Positions 1 to 8,791 of a stretch of 64,000 nt of DNA are shown here, piece after piece; within the stretch, counting starts at the first letter, position 1, and the number at the start of each line of letters is the position of its first letter. The notes under the pieces are model-generated. The model saw only the letters and a list, made by a program, of their open reading frames with translations. It did not search any database and was not told where the DNA came from. This stretch comes from Gemmatimonadota bacterium (lineage in GTDB: Bacteria; Gemmatimonadota; Gemmatimonadetes; Gemmatimonadales; GWC2-71-9). A program made the translations under genes and the position numbers. Location of the stretch: positions 139,115-203,114 of the forward strand of contig QHUM01000039.1 in assembly GCA_003222135.1 (NCBI GenBank). Direction: 5' to 3'.

Positions 1-584
1 TCTGGATGTTCCTGGGGGGCGCGCTCGTGACGTTCGCGGTGAACGGCCTCATCGCCTGGGCGCCGAGCTTCATGCAGCGCACCCACGGCCTGTCCGTCGG
101 GGTCGTGGGCCGGCAGTTCGGCATCTGGGGACTCGCCGGCGGTGCGCTCGGTGGGCTGTTCGGCGGCCGCGTGGGCGACTGGCTGCTCACGCGCTGGAGC
201 GGGGGCCGCGTGGTGGTGTCCGGGGCCGGCTTCGTGCTCGGCGGGCCGATATGCGCCGCGCTGCTGCTCGTCGACGAGCTGCGGCTGTTCGTGCCGCTCT
301 TGTTCGCAACGTTCTTCCTCTATACCTGGTACAATGGCCCTCTGTCGGCGGTGATCCTGGATGTCGTGCCGCCGGCCGTGCGGGCGTCCGTCATCGGCGC
401 CTACCTGCTGTTCTCGCACCTCGCGGGCGACGCCATTGCACCGCCGCTCGTGGGCTATCTCTCCGACCGGTTCGGCCTGCGCCCGGCAATGCTGCTGCTC
501 CCGTCCGCGGGGGCGGTGGGGGGGCTCGTGATTCTCATTGCCCTCACCACCGTGGGCAAGGACATGCAGAGGGTACGGACATGA
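1..584 (+). CDS. MFS-type transporter, C-terminal fragment (5' end lies outside the window)
   Basis: The frame is open from the window edge to TGA 582-584. It has glycine-rich hydrophobic helices (GLIAWAPSF, GIWGLAGGALGGLFGG, VVSGAGFVLGGPICAALLLV, LLPSAGAVGGLVILIAL) typical of the second half of MFS permeases. The stop overlaps the next start (ATGA). Confidence 0.75.
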   Translation, partial: WMFLGGALVTFAVNGLIAWAPSFMQRTHGLSVGVVGRQFGIWGLAGGALGGLFGGRVGDWLLTRWSGGRVVVSGAGFVLGGPICAALLLVDELRLFVPLLFATFFLYTWYNGPLSAVILDVVPPAVRASVIGAYLLFSHLAGDAIAPPLVGYLSDRFGLRPAMLLLPSAGAVGGLVILIALTTVGKDMQRVRT

Positions 585-1588
585 AGGTCGCCGTTCTCTT
601 CGACACCCTCCACCCCGACTGGGAGGACGCCGACTACAAGAAGGAGGTGGAGGCGAAGGTCGAGGAGGCGGAGTATGACGTGGCCCGCGCGTTGATGGCG
701 AAGGGGCACGACGTCCTCATGATCGGCATGGGCGAGGAGCTCGGACCGCCGCTCGAGCGCCTCGCCCAGTTCCAGCCGAAGCTCGTGTTCAACGGCTGCG
801 AGTCGTTCCGGGGTCATGCGCGCCACGAGTACGCGCTCGCCGGCGTGCTGGAGATGCACGGCTACCGCTACACCGGCTCTTCGCCGACGGCTCTGCTGGT
901 CGCCCGCAACAAGTCACTCACGAAGAAAATCCTCGCCTACCACGGGATCCGCGTCCCGGCGTTCGCCGAGTGTCATCTCGGCGAGAAGCCGATGCGTCCG
1001 TCCGAGCTCCGGTTCCCCCTCATCGTCAAGCCACTGCTCGAGGACGCGTCTGTGGGGATCGCTCAGGCATCAGTGGTGGAGAACGACGAAGATCTGAGCG
1101 AGCGGGTGAAGTTCATCCACGAAAAATTTCGGCAGGCCGCGATCGTCGAAGAGTTGATCGAGGGCCGGGAGCTGTACGTCGGGCTGGTCGGGAACGCCAC
1201 GGTCCAGCTGTTGCCGATCATCGAAATGACGTTCGGCGAGGCCGACAACGCCGAGCATCGCATCGCGACGTACAAGGCGAAGTGGGACGAGGAGTACCGC
1301 AAACGCAAGAAGATCAAGAACGTGTTCGCCAAAGGGCTGTCGGACGAGCTGACGGCGAAAATCGGCGACATCTGCACCACCGCGTTTCACGCGCTCTGGC
1401 TCCAGGACTACGGGCGGGTCGATCTGCGGCTGACGCACGACGACGAAGTCTACGTGCTCGAGATCAACCCCAATCCCTTCGTCGCGTTCGAGCACGAGAT
1501 GGCGAACGCCGCGGAGAAAGCCGGCATGGCCTACGACGCCTTCATCCAACGTATCGTCGACGAGGCGCTGGAGCGCGACCATGGCTAA
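581..1588 (+). CDS. ATP-grasp enzyme of the D-alanine--D-alanine ligase family (substrate unknown)
   Basis: I place the start at ATG 581 (MKVAVLFDTL...) rather than the track start at 251, which overlaps the MFS gene out of frame. The Ddl-like layout is present: SLTKKILAYHGIRVP, FPLIVKPLLEDASVGI, VEELIEGRELYVGLVG, GRVDLRL...VYVLEINPNP. Confidence 0.85.
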   Translation: MKVAVLFDTLHPDWEDADYKKEVEAKVEEAEYDVARALMAKGHDVLMIGMGEELGPPLERLAQFQPKLVFNGCESFRGHARHEYALAGVLEMHGYRYTGSSPTALLVARNKSLTKKILAYHGIRVPAFAECHLGEKPMRPSELRFPLIVKPLLEDASVGIAQASVVENDEDLSERVKFIHEKFRQAAIVEELIEGRELYVGLVGNATVQLLPIIEMTFGEADNAEHRIATYKAKWDEEYRKRKKIKNVFAKGLSDELTAKIGDICTTAFHALWLQDYGRVDLRLTHDDEVYVLEINPNPFVAFEHEMANAAEKAGMAYDAFIQRIVDEALERDHG

Positions 1589-2588
1589 GGTCGTGAGCCG
1601 GCGCCGCGAGGTGCCCACGCCGGAGCTGCGCTGTCCGACGTGTGCCGCCGAGCTCGAGCGCTTCTGGGCGTATTGCTCCAACTGCGGCCGGCGGCTCGAG
1701 TGGCGGGACACGACGAAGCAGACGGGAGCCGAGTGCTACTACTGCGGCTGGGTGGTGTCCGACAGCTTCTCGTTCTGCCCCTGGTGCGGGCGCGACATCA
1801 CCGACCCGGGCTCGAGCCCCGAGCCTCTCAAGGCGCCGAAGGGGTTCAGTTACCATCGGCGGTGCCGCTGGGGCTGCGGCGGCGGCGTGATGTATCCGAT
1901 GGGCTTCTGCCCGTGGTGCGGCCGTCCCCAGAAATGGCACTACTGGGAGTTTCACAACGTCTGCCCGCACTGCAGCAAAGGCGTGAACGACTGGATGGAG
2001 GTCTGTCCCTGGTGCGGGGAAGACGCCACGGGACGTGATCTCATCGGCCAGGCGTTGCGGCGGGTGCGGCAGCTGCTCGTGGTGGGCCGGCTCAAAGACT
2101 GGAACTACCGCGTGCTGTTGCGCCCCGGTGTATCGGGCGTCGCCCATCGGACGCCCAAGGTGATCGAGATCGAGCGTCGCTACGTCACCGGCAAGCGGCG
2201 CCGCGACGAGATCTCCTGGAACATGCTCACCGGGCTGATCCTGCACGAGCTCGGCCACTCGTTTCTGTATCACAATTGGTCGTTCACGCGCACGGGGCGG
2301 TTCCGCCGCGCCTTCGGCGAAGTGCGCAAGCTGTACCGCGTGGCCGATTCCAAGTGGGTCGATTTCGAGCGCCGGGGCGTGACGACGACCTTGCCGGACT
2401 ACGTTACCGCGTACGCCGCGACGCACCCGCAGGAGGATTTCGCCGAGACGTTCCGGTTCTACGTGGCGCGGCGCGGCCGGCTGCGGGAGCTGTTCGCGGA
2501 GTTCGGGCGCAAGCGTAAGGGCGTGCCGGTGTTCGAGAAGTTCCTGGTGCTGCACGATTTCATCAGGAGCCTCCGGGGGTGGCGCTGA
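1581..2588 (+). CDS. Protein with four N-terminal zinc ribbons and a C-terminal HExxH metallopeptidase-like domain
   Basis: There are four CxxC...CxxCG pairs (CPTC..CSNCG, CYYCG..CPWCG, C..C..CPWCG, CPHC..CPWCG). These are followed by LILHELGHSF (HExxH) and a downstream acidic motif, PQEDFAETF. The gene overlaps the ATP-grasp gene by 8 nt. Confidence 0.8.
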   Translation: MAKVVSRRREVPTPELRCPTCAAELERFWAYCSNCGRRLEWRDTTKQTGAECYYCGWVVSDSFSFCPWCGRDITDPGSSPEPLKAPKGFSYHRRCRWGCGGGVMYPMGFCPWCGRPQKWHYWEFHNVCPHCSKGVNDWMEVCPWCGEDATGRDLIGQALRRVRQLLVVGRLKDWNYRVLLRPGVSGVAHRTPKVIEIERRYVTGKRRRDEISWNMLTGLILHELGHSFLYHNWSFTRTGRFRRAFGEVRKLYRVADSKWVDFERRGVTTTLPDYVTAYAATHPQEDFAETFRFYVARRGRLRELFAEFGRKRKGVPVFEKFLVLHDFIRSLRGWR

Positions 2589-2674
2589 CGCGCTGCAACC
2601 TTTCGGTCCCTTCACACATCCCAGTCTCTAGCGCCCGATAGTCTCCGTCCCCTCCCGTTTCCGTCGAGGTCTTT

Positions 2675-3979
2675 ATGGTCCGCTGGCCAGCCGTCCTTCT
2701 GCTCACGGCGACTGGGCTCGCCGCCCAGCAAGCGCCCGATGCCCCGAGTGACTCGAGCCACCTTGCGCGAGTCCTGACACTCCTCAAGACGTCGGATTCC
2801 ACCGTGTGCGAGCTGGCGGCACAGGCGATCAGCAACTCCTGGGACTTCTCCGGGGAGCCGAGACGGCTTCCCACCCCGATGCCGATGCCGATGCCCACAC
2901 CCATGCCGATGCCGATGGCGATGCACATCGGCAACCGGCCCCACGTGCGGGTGCACGTCCACCGCGGTCCGCACTGGTACGGCGAGGAGGCGGGTGGGCT
3001 GGGTGCCTTCCGGGCCGTGCTGCGCGACGACAACCGCTGCGTGCGGAACGTCGCGGCGCGCGTGCTCGGCCGCGCGCGCTCGCCGGAGAGCTACGATGCC
3101 TTCCTGGCCCTGCTGCGCGACCCGAATCCGGGGCTGCGAGAGACCGGGGCGCTCGGCTTGGGCGAGCTCGACGACCGTCGCGCGTTGCGCCCGCTGCAGG
3201 ATGCGCTGCGGGATCGGGACGCGGCCGTGCGGGCGATGGCGGCCCGCGGTGTCGGGGAGATCGAGGATTCGAGCTCGGTCGGGGCGCTGACGACGGCCCT
3301 GGGCGACGCCGCCGCGCCGGTGCGACAGACCGCGGCCTGGGCGCTGGGCCAGATCGAGAGCCCGCGCGTCGTGCCCGCGCTCGGCGATGCACTCAAGGAC
3401 CCGTCGCCCGACGTGCGCCGCGCGGCCGTCTGGGCGTTGGGACAGATCGAAGACCAAGACGCGGTCGATCTGCTGCTGCCGCTGCTGCGCGACCGTGACG
3501 CCCAGGTCCGGCTCGGCGCGACGCACGCGCTGGGGCAGATCGAGAGCCCACGCGCCGTGCGCGGCCTCGGCGCCCTGGTGCACGACCAGTCTCCGGACGT
3601 GCGGCGCGCCGCCATCTGGGCGCTCGGGCAAATCGAAGACGGCAGCTCAGTCGACGCGCTGAGTGCGGCTCTCAAAGATGCCGACCAGCAAACCCGCGAG
3701 CTCGCCGCGTGGGCGTTGGGTCACATCGAGGATGCGGACGCGGTCGACCCCCTGGTAGGCGCGCTCAAGGACCGTGAGCCGGATGTGCGTGTCGCCGCGG
3801 CGTGGGCGCTGGGCCAGATCGAGAGCTCCCGTGCGCTCGAGCCACTCAAGGCGGCCCTCCACGACGAGTCCCGCGACGTTCAGGATGCTGCCCGCTGGGC
3901 ATTGAATCAGATCGATAACGAGGATCGGAACGTCCGGGTGCACGTGCGGCCGCGGGTGCGGGTCAAGAAGGGTATCTGA
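2675..3979 (+). CDS. Secreted HEAT-repeat protein (PBS-lyase HEAT-like repeats)
   Basis: It has an N-terminal signal-like peptide (MVRWPAVLLLTATGLAAQQ). More than 10 copies of a roughly 31-aa unit follow (VRxxAAWALGQIExxxAVxxLxxALxDxxxx). Confidence 0.85.
   Translation: MVRWPAVLLLTATGLAAQQAPDAPSDSSHLARVLTLLKTSDSTVCELAAQAISNSWDFSGEPRRLPTPMPMPMPTPMPMPMAMHIGNRPHVRVHVHRGPHWYGEEAGGLGAFRAVLRDDNRCVRNVAARVLGRARSPESYDAFLALLRDPNPGLRETGALGLGELDDRRALRPLQDALRDRDAAVRAMAARGVGEIEDSSSVGALTTALGDAAAPVRQTAAWALGQIESPRVVPALGDALKDPSPDVRRAAVWALGQIEDQDAVDLLLPLLRDRDAQVRLGATHALGQIESPRAVRGLGALVHDQSPDVRRAAIWALGQIEDGSSVDALSAALKDADQQTRELAAWALGHIEDADAVDPLVGALKDREPDVRVAAAWALGQIESSRALEPLKAALHDESRDVQDAARWALNQIDNEDRNVRVHVRPRVRVKKGI
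2876..2923 (+). repeat. In-frame hexanucleotide microsatellite (CCGATG)n encoding PMPMPMPTPMPMPMAM
   Basis: Read directly: (CCGATG)x3, CCCACA, CCCATG, (CCGATG)x2, GCGATG, inside the HEAT-repeat CDS. Confidence 0.9.
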
Positions 3980-3986
3980 GGGGGTT

Positions 3987-4033
3987 GCCCGGGCGTCCAG
4001 GGGAGCGGCTCCTCCCCCCCTGGACGCCCGGGC
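3987..4033. terminator. Bidirectional terminator hairpin between convergent genes
   Basis: A perfect 17-bp stem, GCCCGGGCGTCCAGGGG (3987-4003) paired with CCCCTGGACGCCCGGGC (4017-4033), with a 13-nt loop. It sits between the stop at 3979 (+) and the stop at 4039 (-). There is no clear U-tract. Confidence 0.6.
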
Positions 4034-4038
4034 GTGCG

Positions 4039-4734
4039 TCACCCTGCGAAACAGTACGCGCAGCCTTTCTCCTGCGAGCGGTTCACGGCGATCACCCCCG
4101 AGGGCACCACGAGCACGCCAGGCAGCAGGTTCGCGACCCATTCCTTCTTGATGGCGTCGGCCTGCATCCCCATGTCCTTCGCCAACCTCATGCTGTTGAA
4201 GGTGAGCGCGATGTTACACACGCCGATGAGCACGCCCTTCGCGAGCAGCTCGTCCGCGCCGATGCCGGGAATCGGGACATCGCCGGGCTTCAAATGAAGC
4301 AGGGGATGACGGATCGCGGGTCCCTTGGTGGCGGGATCGGTGATCTTGAACGCCTCGCCGAACTTGTACTTCGCCCACATCCCGTTTTCCATCGCGAACG
4401 GAATCCCAGAGTGCCGGAGCACGATGACGACGGTGTTGTCCGCATCCGTCGTACCGTAGGTCTCATTCGTGGTGTTGAGAAACACGCGTGACCACCAGAA
4501 CGCGAAGCCTTCGTTGGGCTCGGGCACGTCGTACACCATCTTGTGCTTGCCCGTGATCTTGTTCAGCCATGCCTCGAATTCGGGATTCGCTGAGACTTTG
4601 CCGGGGGCCGCCGTAGGCTGTGCGGCGGCCGTGAACGGGGCGACCAGCCCCCCCAGGCCGAAGGCGGCGGCGCTGGCGGCGACGCGGCCCAGAAAACCGC
4701 GGCGGTGCGTGGTGAAGTGGTCGATATCGAACAT
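4039..4734 (-). CDS. Tat-exported DsrE/DsrF-like protein (tentative family)
   Basis: A twin-arginine signal is present (HRRGFLGRVAASAAAFGLGG). The C-terminal pattern VVIVLRHSGIPF ... GVLIGVCNIAL ... VVPSGVIAVNRSQEKGCAY resembles the DsrE/DsrF fold signature. The family call is from memory only. Confidence 0.7.
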   Translation of the reverse strand: MFDIDHFTTHRRGFLGRVAASAAAFGLGGLVAPFTAAAQPTAAPGKVSANPEFEAWLNKITGKHKMVYDVPEPNEGFAFWWSRVFLNTTNETYGTTDADNTVVIVLRHSGIPFAMENGMWAKYKFGEAFKITDPATKGPAIRHPLLHLKPGDVPIPGIGADELLAKGVLIGVCNIALTFNSMRLAKDMGMQADAIKKEWVANLLPGVLVVPSGVIAVNRSQEKGCAYCFAG

Positions 4735-4765
4735 GCGACCTCCTATCGAATGGGAGCGTTGAGGA

Positions 4766-5719
4766 CTAGGGTGCGTGCGCCCGCGCTGGCGCGGCCGGCG
4801 ATTTCCGTCGAGCGGCGAGGGTAGGGTAGGCGACGTCGGGGGGCGCGTCGCCGTTCGGCCAGTCGTTGATCTTATCGGGAAAGTCGGGCCGCGGGTGCGC
4901 GCTCACCTGCGCTGCGACATCGAACGCCTGCTGGTCGGTGAGCGTGCCCGGCTGGTCGAACGGCATGTTCTCGCGGATGAACGCCGCCGCCGTCCGGACG
5001 CGCGTCATCCCCGCACCGACGTTGTACGACTTGGGGCCCCACAGGGGCGGCGCGACGGCCGTCCCCTGACCGTCGAGGCCGTGACACTTCACGCACGTGG
5101 TGGCGTAGACCGCGGCGCCCGCCGCCGTGTCGGCGGTGAGTGCGGCCCACTGCTGCAGCCGATTGCCCGCGGGCGGCGGCGCGATCGGGAGGTCGCGCGA
5201 CAGAAACCAGAGATACGCCACGATGTCGCGCATCTCCGCGCCGTCCAGCGCGAGGGGCTTCCCGTTCATGCTGCGCCGGAAGCAGTCATTCACCCGATAC
5301 TCGATCGTCTCGACGGTCGCGCTGCGGGCGCGGTACTGGGGGTAGCGCGCATACACACCCACCCACGAGCCGAACGCCTGGCGGCGGCCCGCGTCCAGGT
5401 GACAGCTCGTGCACCGCAGGCCATTGCCGACGTGGTCCGGGAGGCTCTCGCGGGTGGCAACGAGCAGGGCGCGTCCGCGCTGGATCGCGGCCCCGAGGGG
5501 GCCGCTCGGGATCAGGGAATCGGTGGGACCGGACAGGGCGGGTGCCGCGGCGGAGCTGCGGTCTGGCATCGCGGCACGCTGACGCGTGCAGCCTCCCAAC
5601 AACGGGAGGCCGACCAGGACGATCTGCACGATTGTGAAACGTTGAGGCCGCACGCGGTGCCAAGACCCTTGTGGCGCGGGGAGATAGTACGGGCGCGTGG
5701 AGGGGTTGGCAAGCATCAC
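4766..5719 (-). CDS. Dihaem c-type cytochrome, TsdA/SoxA-like (tentative)
   Basis: It has two CxxCH haem motifs (CTSCH, CVKCH), an N-terminal membrane or signal segment, and a conserved-looking Cys in NDCFRRSMNG. The start is GTG 5719 or ATG 5716, overlapping the glpD stop (GTGATG). Confidence 0.8.
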   Translation of the reverse strand: MMLANPSTRPYYLPAPQGSWHRVRPQRFTIVQIVLVGLPLLGGCTRQRAAMPDRSSAAAPALSGPTDSLIPSGPLGAAIQRGRALLVATRESLPDHVGNGLRCTSCHLDAGRRQAFGSWVGVYARYPQYRARSATVETIEYRVNDCFRRSMNGKPLALDGAEMRDIVAYLWFLSRDLPIAPPPAGNRLQQWAALTADTAAGAAVYATTCVKCHGLDGQGTAVAPPLWGPKSYNVGAGMTRVRTAAAFIRENMPFDQPGTLTDQQAFDVAAQVSAHPRPDFPDKINDWPNGDAPPDVAYPTLAARRKSPAAPARAHAP

Positions 5720-7404
5720 CCGAGCCCCTGGTGGGGTCGTGTCCGCTCGCTCAAGAAGCCGCGCGCGTGATCCGCGAGGGCGCGGTACTCGACAAGCTCT
5801 AGTTCGACACGCCCCGCGTCCCAGCCGAGCAGCTCGGCCATTCTTGCGGCGACGGCGGGGGCAACGCCCGTGGCATAGCCGCCCGCCTCGTAGAACAGAT
5901 GCAGCCGCCGGACGAGCACGTCGGCCAGCCGCATCGCCATCTCGCGCTCGACCCCGTGCACCACTTCCGCCCAGATCTCCGGGCGCCCGGCGACGATCGG
6001 CCGGCCCAGACCCCGGTCGCGGTCCACGAGGTTCAGGACGGCGGCCGACTCGCTGCCGTAGTTGTGGACGAGGTGGCGCGCCCCGGATTCGAGCGCGCCG
6101 CGCGCCTTCGCGGCCTCGACCAGGACGTCCAGGTCCGCCGCCTCGCCGCCGGGGAGCGGGAGCCGATGCGTCGGCGGATCGGCGCCCCGGGGCCGGCCGT
6201 CCAGATCATGGAGCCGGGCGGCCACGCGCGCCGCCACGTCCCGCCCCATGACGCGGTAGGTCGTGAGCTTGCCGCCGGCGATCGTGATCAGTCCGGTCGG
6301 GCTTTCGACGACACGGTGCTCGCGCGAGACGGCCGACGCCGACAGATCCCGAGCGGGGGCGAGCAGGGGACGCAGTCCCGCCCAGGTCGCGACGACGTCC
6401 GTCGGCGCCAGGCGGGCCTGGGGGAAGCAGGCGTTCGCCGAGCGCAGCAGATAGTTCACGTCCTCGGGGCTGGCCCACACAGCGTCGGGGGACACGTTCT
6501 CGTCGGTGTCGGTCGTTCCGATGTAGCTCTGCTCTCCCCAGGGCAGTATGAACATCACCCGGCCGTCGATCGGCGAGGTGAGGGTCACGGCGTGGGCGTT
6601 GCCCACGCGCTGCCGCGGCACGACCACATGCGTACCCTTGGTGAGCCGCAGCAGCGGCTCGGCCCGGGGATCGTCGAGGCGTCGCACGCGGTCGAGCCAC
6701 GGTCCCGTCGCGTTCACGACCACCAGGGCGCGCACGGTGCAGGTCGCGCCGCTCAGCGCGTCCCGCAGGGTGGCGCCGCGGACCCGGCCATCGGGCTTCA
6801 GCAGGCTCGACACTTCCGCGTAGTTGGCGACCAGCGCGCCCGCCTGCGCGGCGCTCCGCATCGTCGCGAGGACGAGGCGCGCGTCGTCCGCCTGCGCGTC
6901 GTAGTAGAGCCCGGCGCCCTGCAGGTCCCGCTCGCGCAACCCGGCCTCGAGGCGCAGCACGGCCTTCCGTCCGAGCCAACGGTGCGCCCGCACGTTGCGG
7001 AAGGCTGCGAGCAGGTCGTACAGCCACAGGCCCGCCCGGAGCTGCCACGCGGGCACGCGCGCGCCTCGATACGCCGGGAAGAGAAACGCCAGCGGCCGGA
7101 CGAGGTGCGGGGCGATCGTGAGCAGCACGCGCCGCTCGCGGCTCGCCTCGAACACGAGGCGGAACGCCCGCTGCTCCAGGTAGCGCAACCCGCCGTGGAT
7201 CAGGCGCGAGGAGTGCGACGAGGTCCCGCCGCCGAAGTCGCCCTTGTCCACGAGCGCCGTGCGGATACCGCGCAGCGCCGCATCGCGGGCGATACCGGCG
7301 CCCGTGATGCCGCCGCCGATCACCAGCAGGTCCACCGGCTCCGCGACCATCGCCAGCAGCGCCGCGGCCCGGCTCTCGTGCGAGAACTCCGTTTCGGTCG
7401 ACAC
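5716..7404 (-). CDS. glpD: FAD-dependent glycerol-3-phosphate dehydrogenase
   Basis: The N-terminal dinucleotide fold reads DLLVIGGGITGAGIARDAALRG, followed by GGGTSSHSSRLIHGGLRYLE. The length (562 aa) and overall layout are typical of GlpD. Confidence 0.9.
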   Translation of the reverse strand: MSTETEFSHESRAAALLAMVAEPVDLLVIGGGITGAGIARDAALRGIRTALVDKGDFGGGTSSHSSRLIHGGLRYLEQRAFRLVFEASRERRVLLTIAPHLVRPLAFLFPAYRGARVPAWQLRAGLWLYDLLAAFRNVRAHRWLGRKAVLRLEAGLRERDLQGAGLYYDAQADDARLVLATMRSAAQAGALVANYAEVSSLLKPDGRVRGATLRDALSGATCTVRALVVVNATGPWLDRVRRLDDPRAEPLLRLTKGTHVVVPRQRVGNAHAVTLTSPIDGRVMFILPWGEQSYIGTTDTDENVSPDAVWASPEDVNYLLRSANACFPQARLAPTDVVATWAGLRPLLAPARDLSASAVSREHRVVESPTGLITIAGGKLTTYRVMGRDVAARVAARLHDLDGRPRGADPPTHRLPLPGGEAADLDVLVEAAKARGALESGARHLVHNYGSESAAVLNLVDRDRGLGRPIVAGRPEIWAEVVHGVEREMAMRLADVLVRRLHLFYEAGGYATGVAPAVAARMAELLGWDAGRVELELVEYRALADHARGFLSERTRPHQGLG

Positions 7405-7531
7405 AGCGCGTCTTGGCCGCCCCGCGGGACCCGTGGTAGGTTTCGTCGGTGCTGGAAGCCCAGATGGTGCCCTTCAGGGCAGTGCCTGCCGAGCGCACGC
7501 TTCAGCGTGTGAATTCTGCGAGGAGAATGTA

Positions 7532-8791
7532 ATGCCTGGTGGAAACGGGCGGCGGGTCGCCGTCGTCGCGGGGTGTCGCACGCCGTTCTGCAAATCGGGG
7601 ACGGCGCTCAAGGACGCGCGCGCCGTCGACCTCGCCCGCTACGTGGCCCGCGAGCTGCTGGAGCGCACCAATCTGGATGGGACGGACGTGGACGAAGTGG
7701 TCTTCGGGCAGGTCGTCCCGTCCGCGTTGGTGCCGAACGTCGGCCGCGAAGTGAGCCTGCTCCCGCAGTTCCCGAAGGAGATCCCCGCCTACTCCCTGAA
7801 TCGCGCGTGCGCCTCCGCCGGCCAGGCCGTGTCCAACGCCCACGACCAGATCGCGCTCGGCAACGCGAATGTGGTGATCGCGGGTGGGGTGGAATCGCTC
7901 TCCGATATTCCAATCCTCGCCTCCCGCCGGTTCGCCGACGTGCTCGTGGAGGCGAGCAAGGCGCGGTCGCTGGGCGGCCGGTTGCGCGCCTTCAGTCGCC
8001 TTCGCCCCCGCGACCTGGTGCCGGTCTCGCCGGCGATCGCGGAGCCGTCGACCGGCGAGACGATGGGGCAGTCGGCCGAAAAAATGGCGAAGGAGAACCA
8101 CATCACCCGCGCCGCGCAGGACCAATGGGCGCTGCGCAGCCACCAGCGTGCCGCCCAGGGCACCGCCGACGGTCGCCTCACCGCCGAGATCGTACCGTGG
8201 CTCCCCGCCCGGCTCCCGGAGCCCGTCGTCACCCAGGACAACGGCATTCGACGCGATACCTCGATCGAGCAGATGGCGAAGCTCAAACCTGTGTTCGACC
8301 GTCGCTACGGCAGCGTGACCGCCGCGAACTCCTCGCCGCTCACGGACGGCGCCTCGGCGGTCCTGCTCATGAGCGACGCCGCGGCGCGGGCGCTCGGCTA
8401 CGCGCCGCTCGCCTTCATCCGGTCATATGCGGTCGCCGCCGTCGACCCCGGCTGGCAGCTGCTCCAGGCCCCGATCTTCGCGGTTCCCAAGGCGCTCGAG
8501 CGCGCCGGCATCGCATGGCGGGACCTCGGACTGGTCGAGGTCCACGAGGCGTTCGCGGCGCAGGTACTCTCCAACCTCCAGGGCTGGGCGGCCAAGGGCT
8601 GGGAGATCGACCAGGAGATCATCAACGTGATGGGTGGGTCCATCGCGATCGGTCACCCGTTCGGCGCGACGGGGGGCCGCATCATCACCACGCTCGCCAA
8701 CGAGATGGCCCGCCGCGACGTGCAATTCGGCCTGCTGTCGATCTGCGCGCAGGGCGGTATGGGTTTCGCCATGGTCCTGGAGCGGCGCTAA
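7532..8791 (+). CDS. fadI: 3-ketoacyl-CoA thiolase / acetyl-CoA acyltransferase (FadI-like)
   Basis: The start is ATG 7532, preceded by GAGGAG. The track start at 7244 overlaps glpD. Motifs present: RVAVVAGCRTPFCKSG, the active-site region NRACASAGQAV, and C-terminal ICAQGGMG. Confidence 0.9.
   Translation: MPGGNGRRVAVVAGCRTPFCKSGTALKDARAVDLARYVARELLERTNLDGTDVDEVVFGQVVPSALVPNVGREVSLLPQFPKEIPAYSLNRACASAGQAVSNAHDQIALGNANVVIAGGVESLSDIPILASRRFADVLVEASKARSLGGRLRAFSRLRPRDLVPVSPAIAEPSTGETMGQSAEKMAKENHITRAAQDQWALRSHQRAAQGTADGRLTAEIVPWLPARLPEPVVTQDNGIRRDTSIEQMAKLKPVFDRRYGSVTAANSSPLTDGASAVLLMSDAAARALGYAPLAFIRSYAVAAVDPGWQLLQAPIFAVPKALERAGIAWRDLGLVEVHEAFAAQVLSNLQGWAAKGWEIDQEIINVMGGSIAIGHPFGATGGRIITTLANEMARRDVQFGLLSICAQGGMGFAMVLERR

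Noticed and set aside
251-580. An N-terminal 110-codon extension of the ATP-grasp ORF.
   Set aside because: It overlaps the MFS gene out of frame. The Ddl-like sequence begins at MKVAVLFD (ATG 581), with an ATGA coupling to the MFS stop.
5899-7512. A 537-aa plus-strand ORF, along with several other ORFs in the track that lie antisense to or overlap glpD.
   Set aside because: It runs antisense to an unmistakable glpD. The translation is Arg/Pro/Gly/Ala-rich low-complexity sequence, typical of non-coding frames in high-GC DNA.
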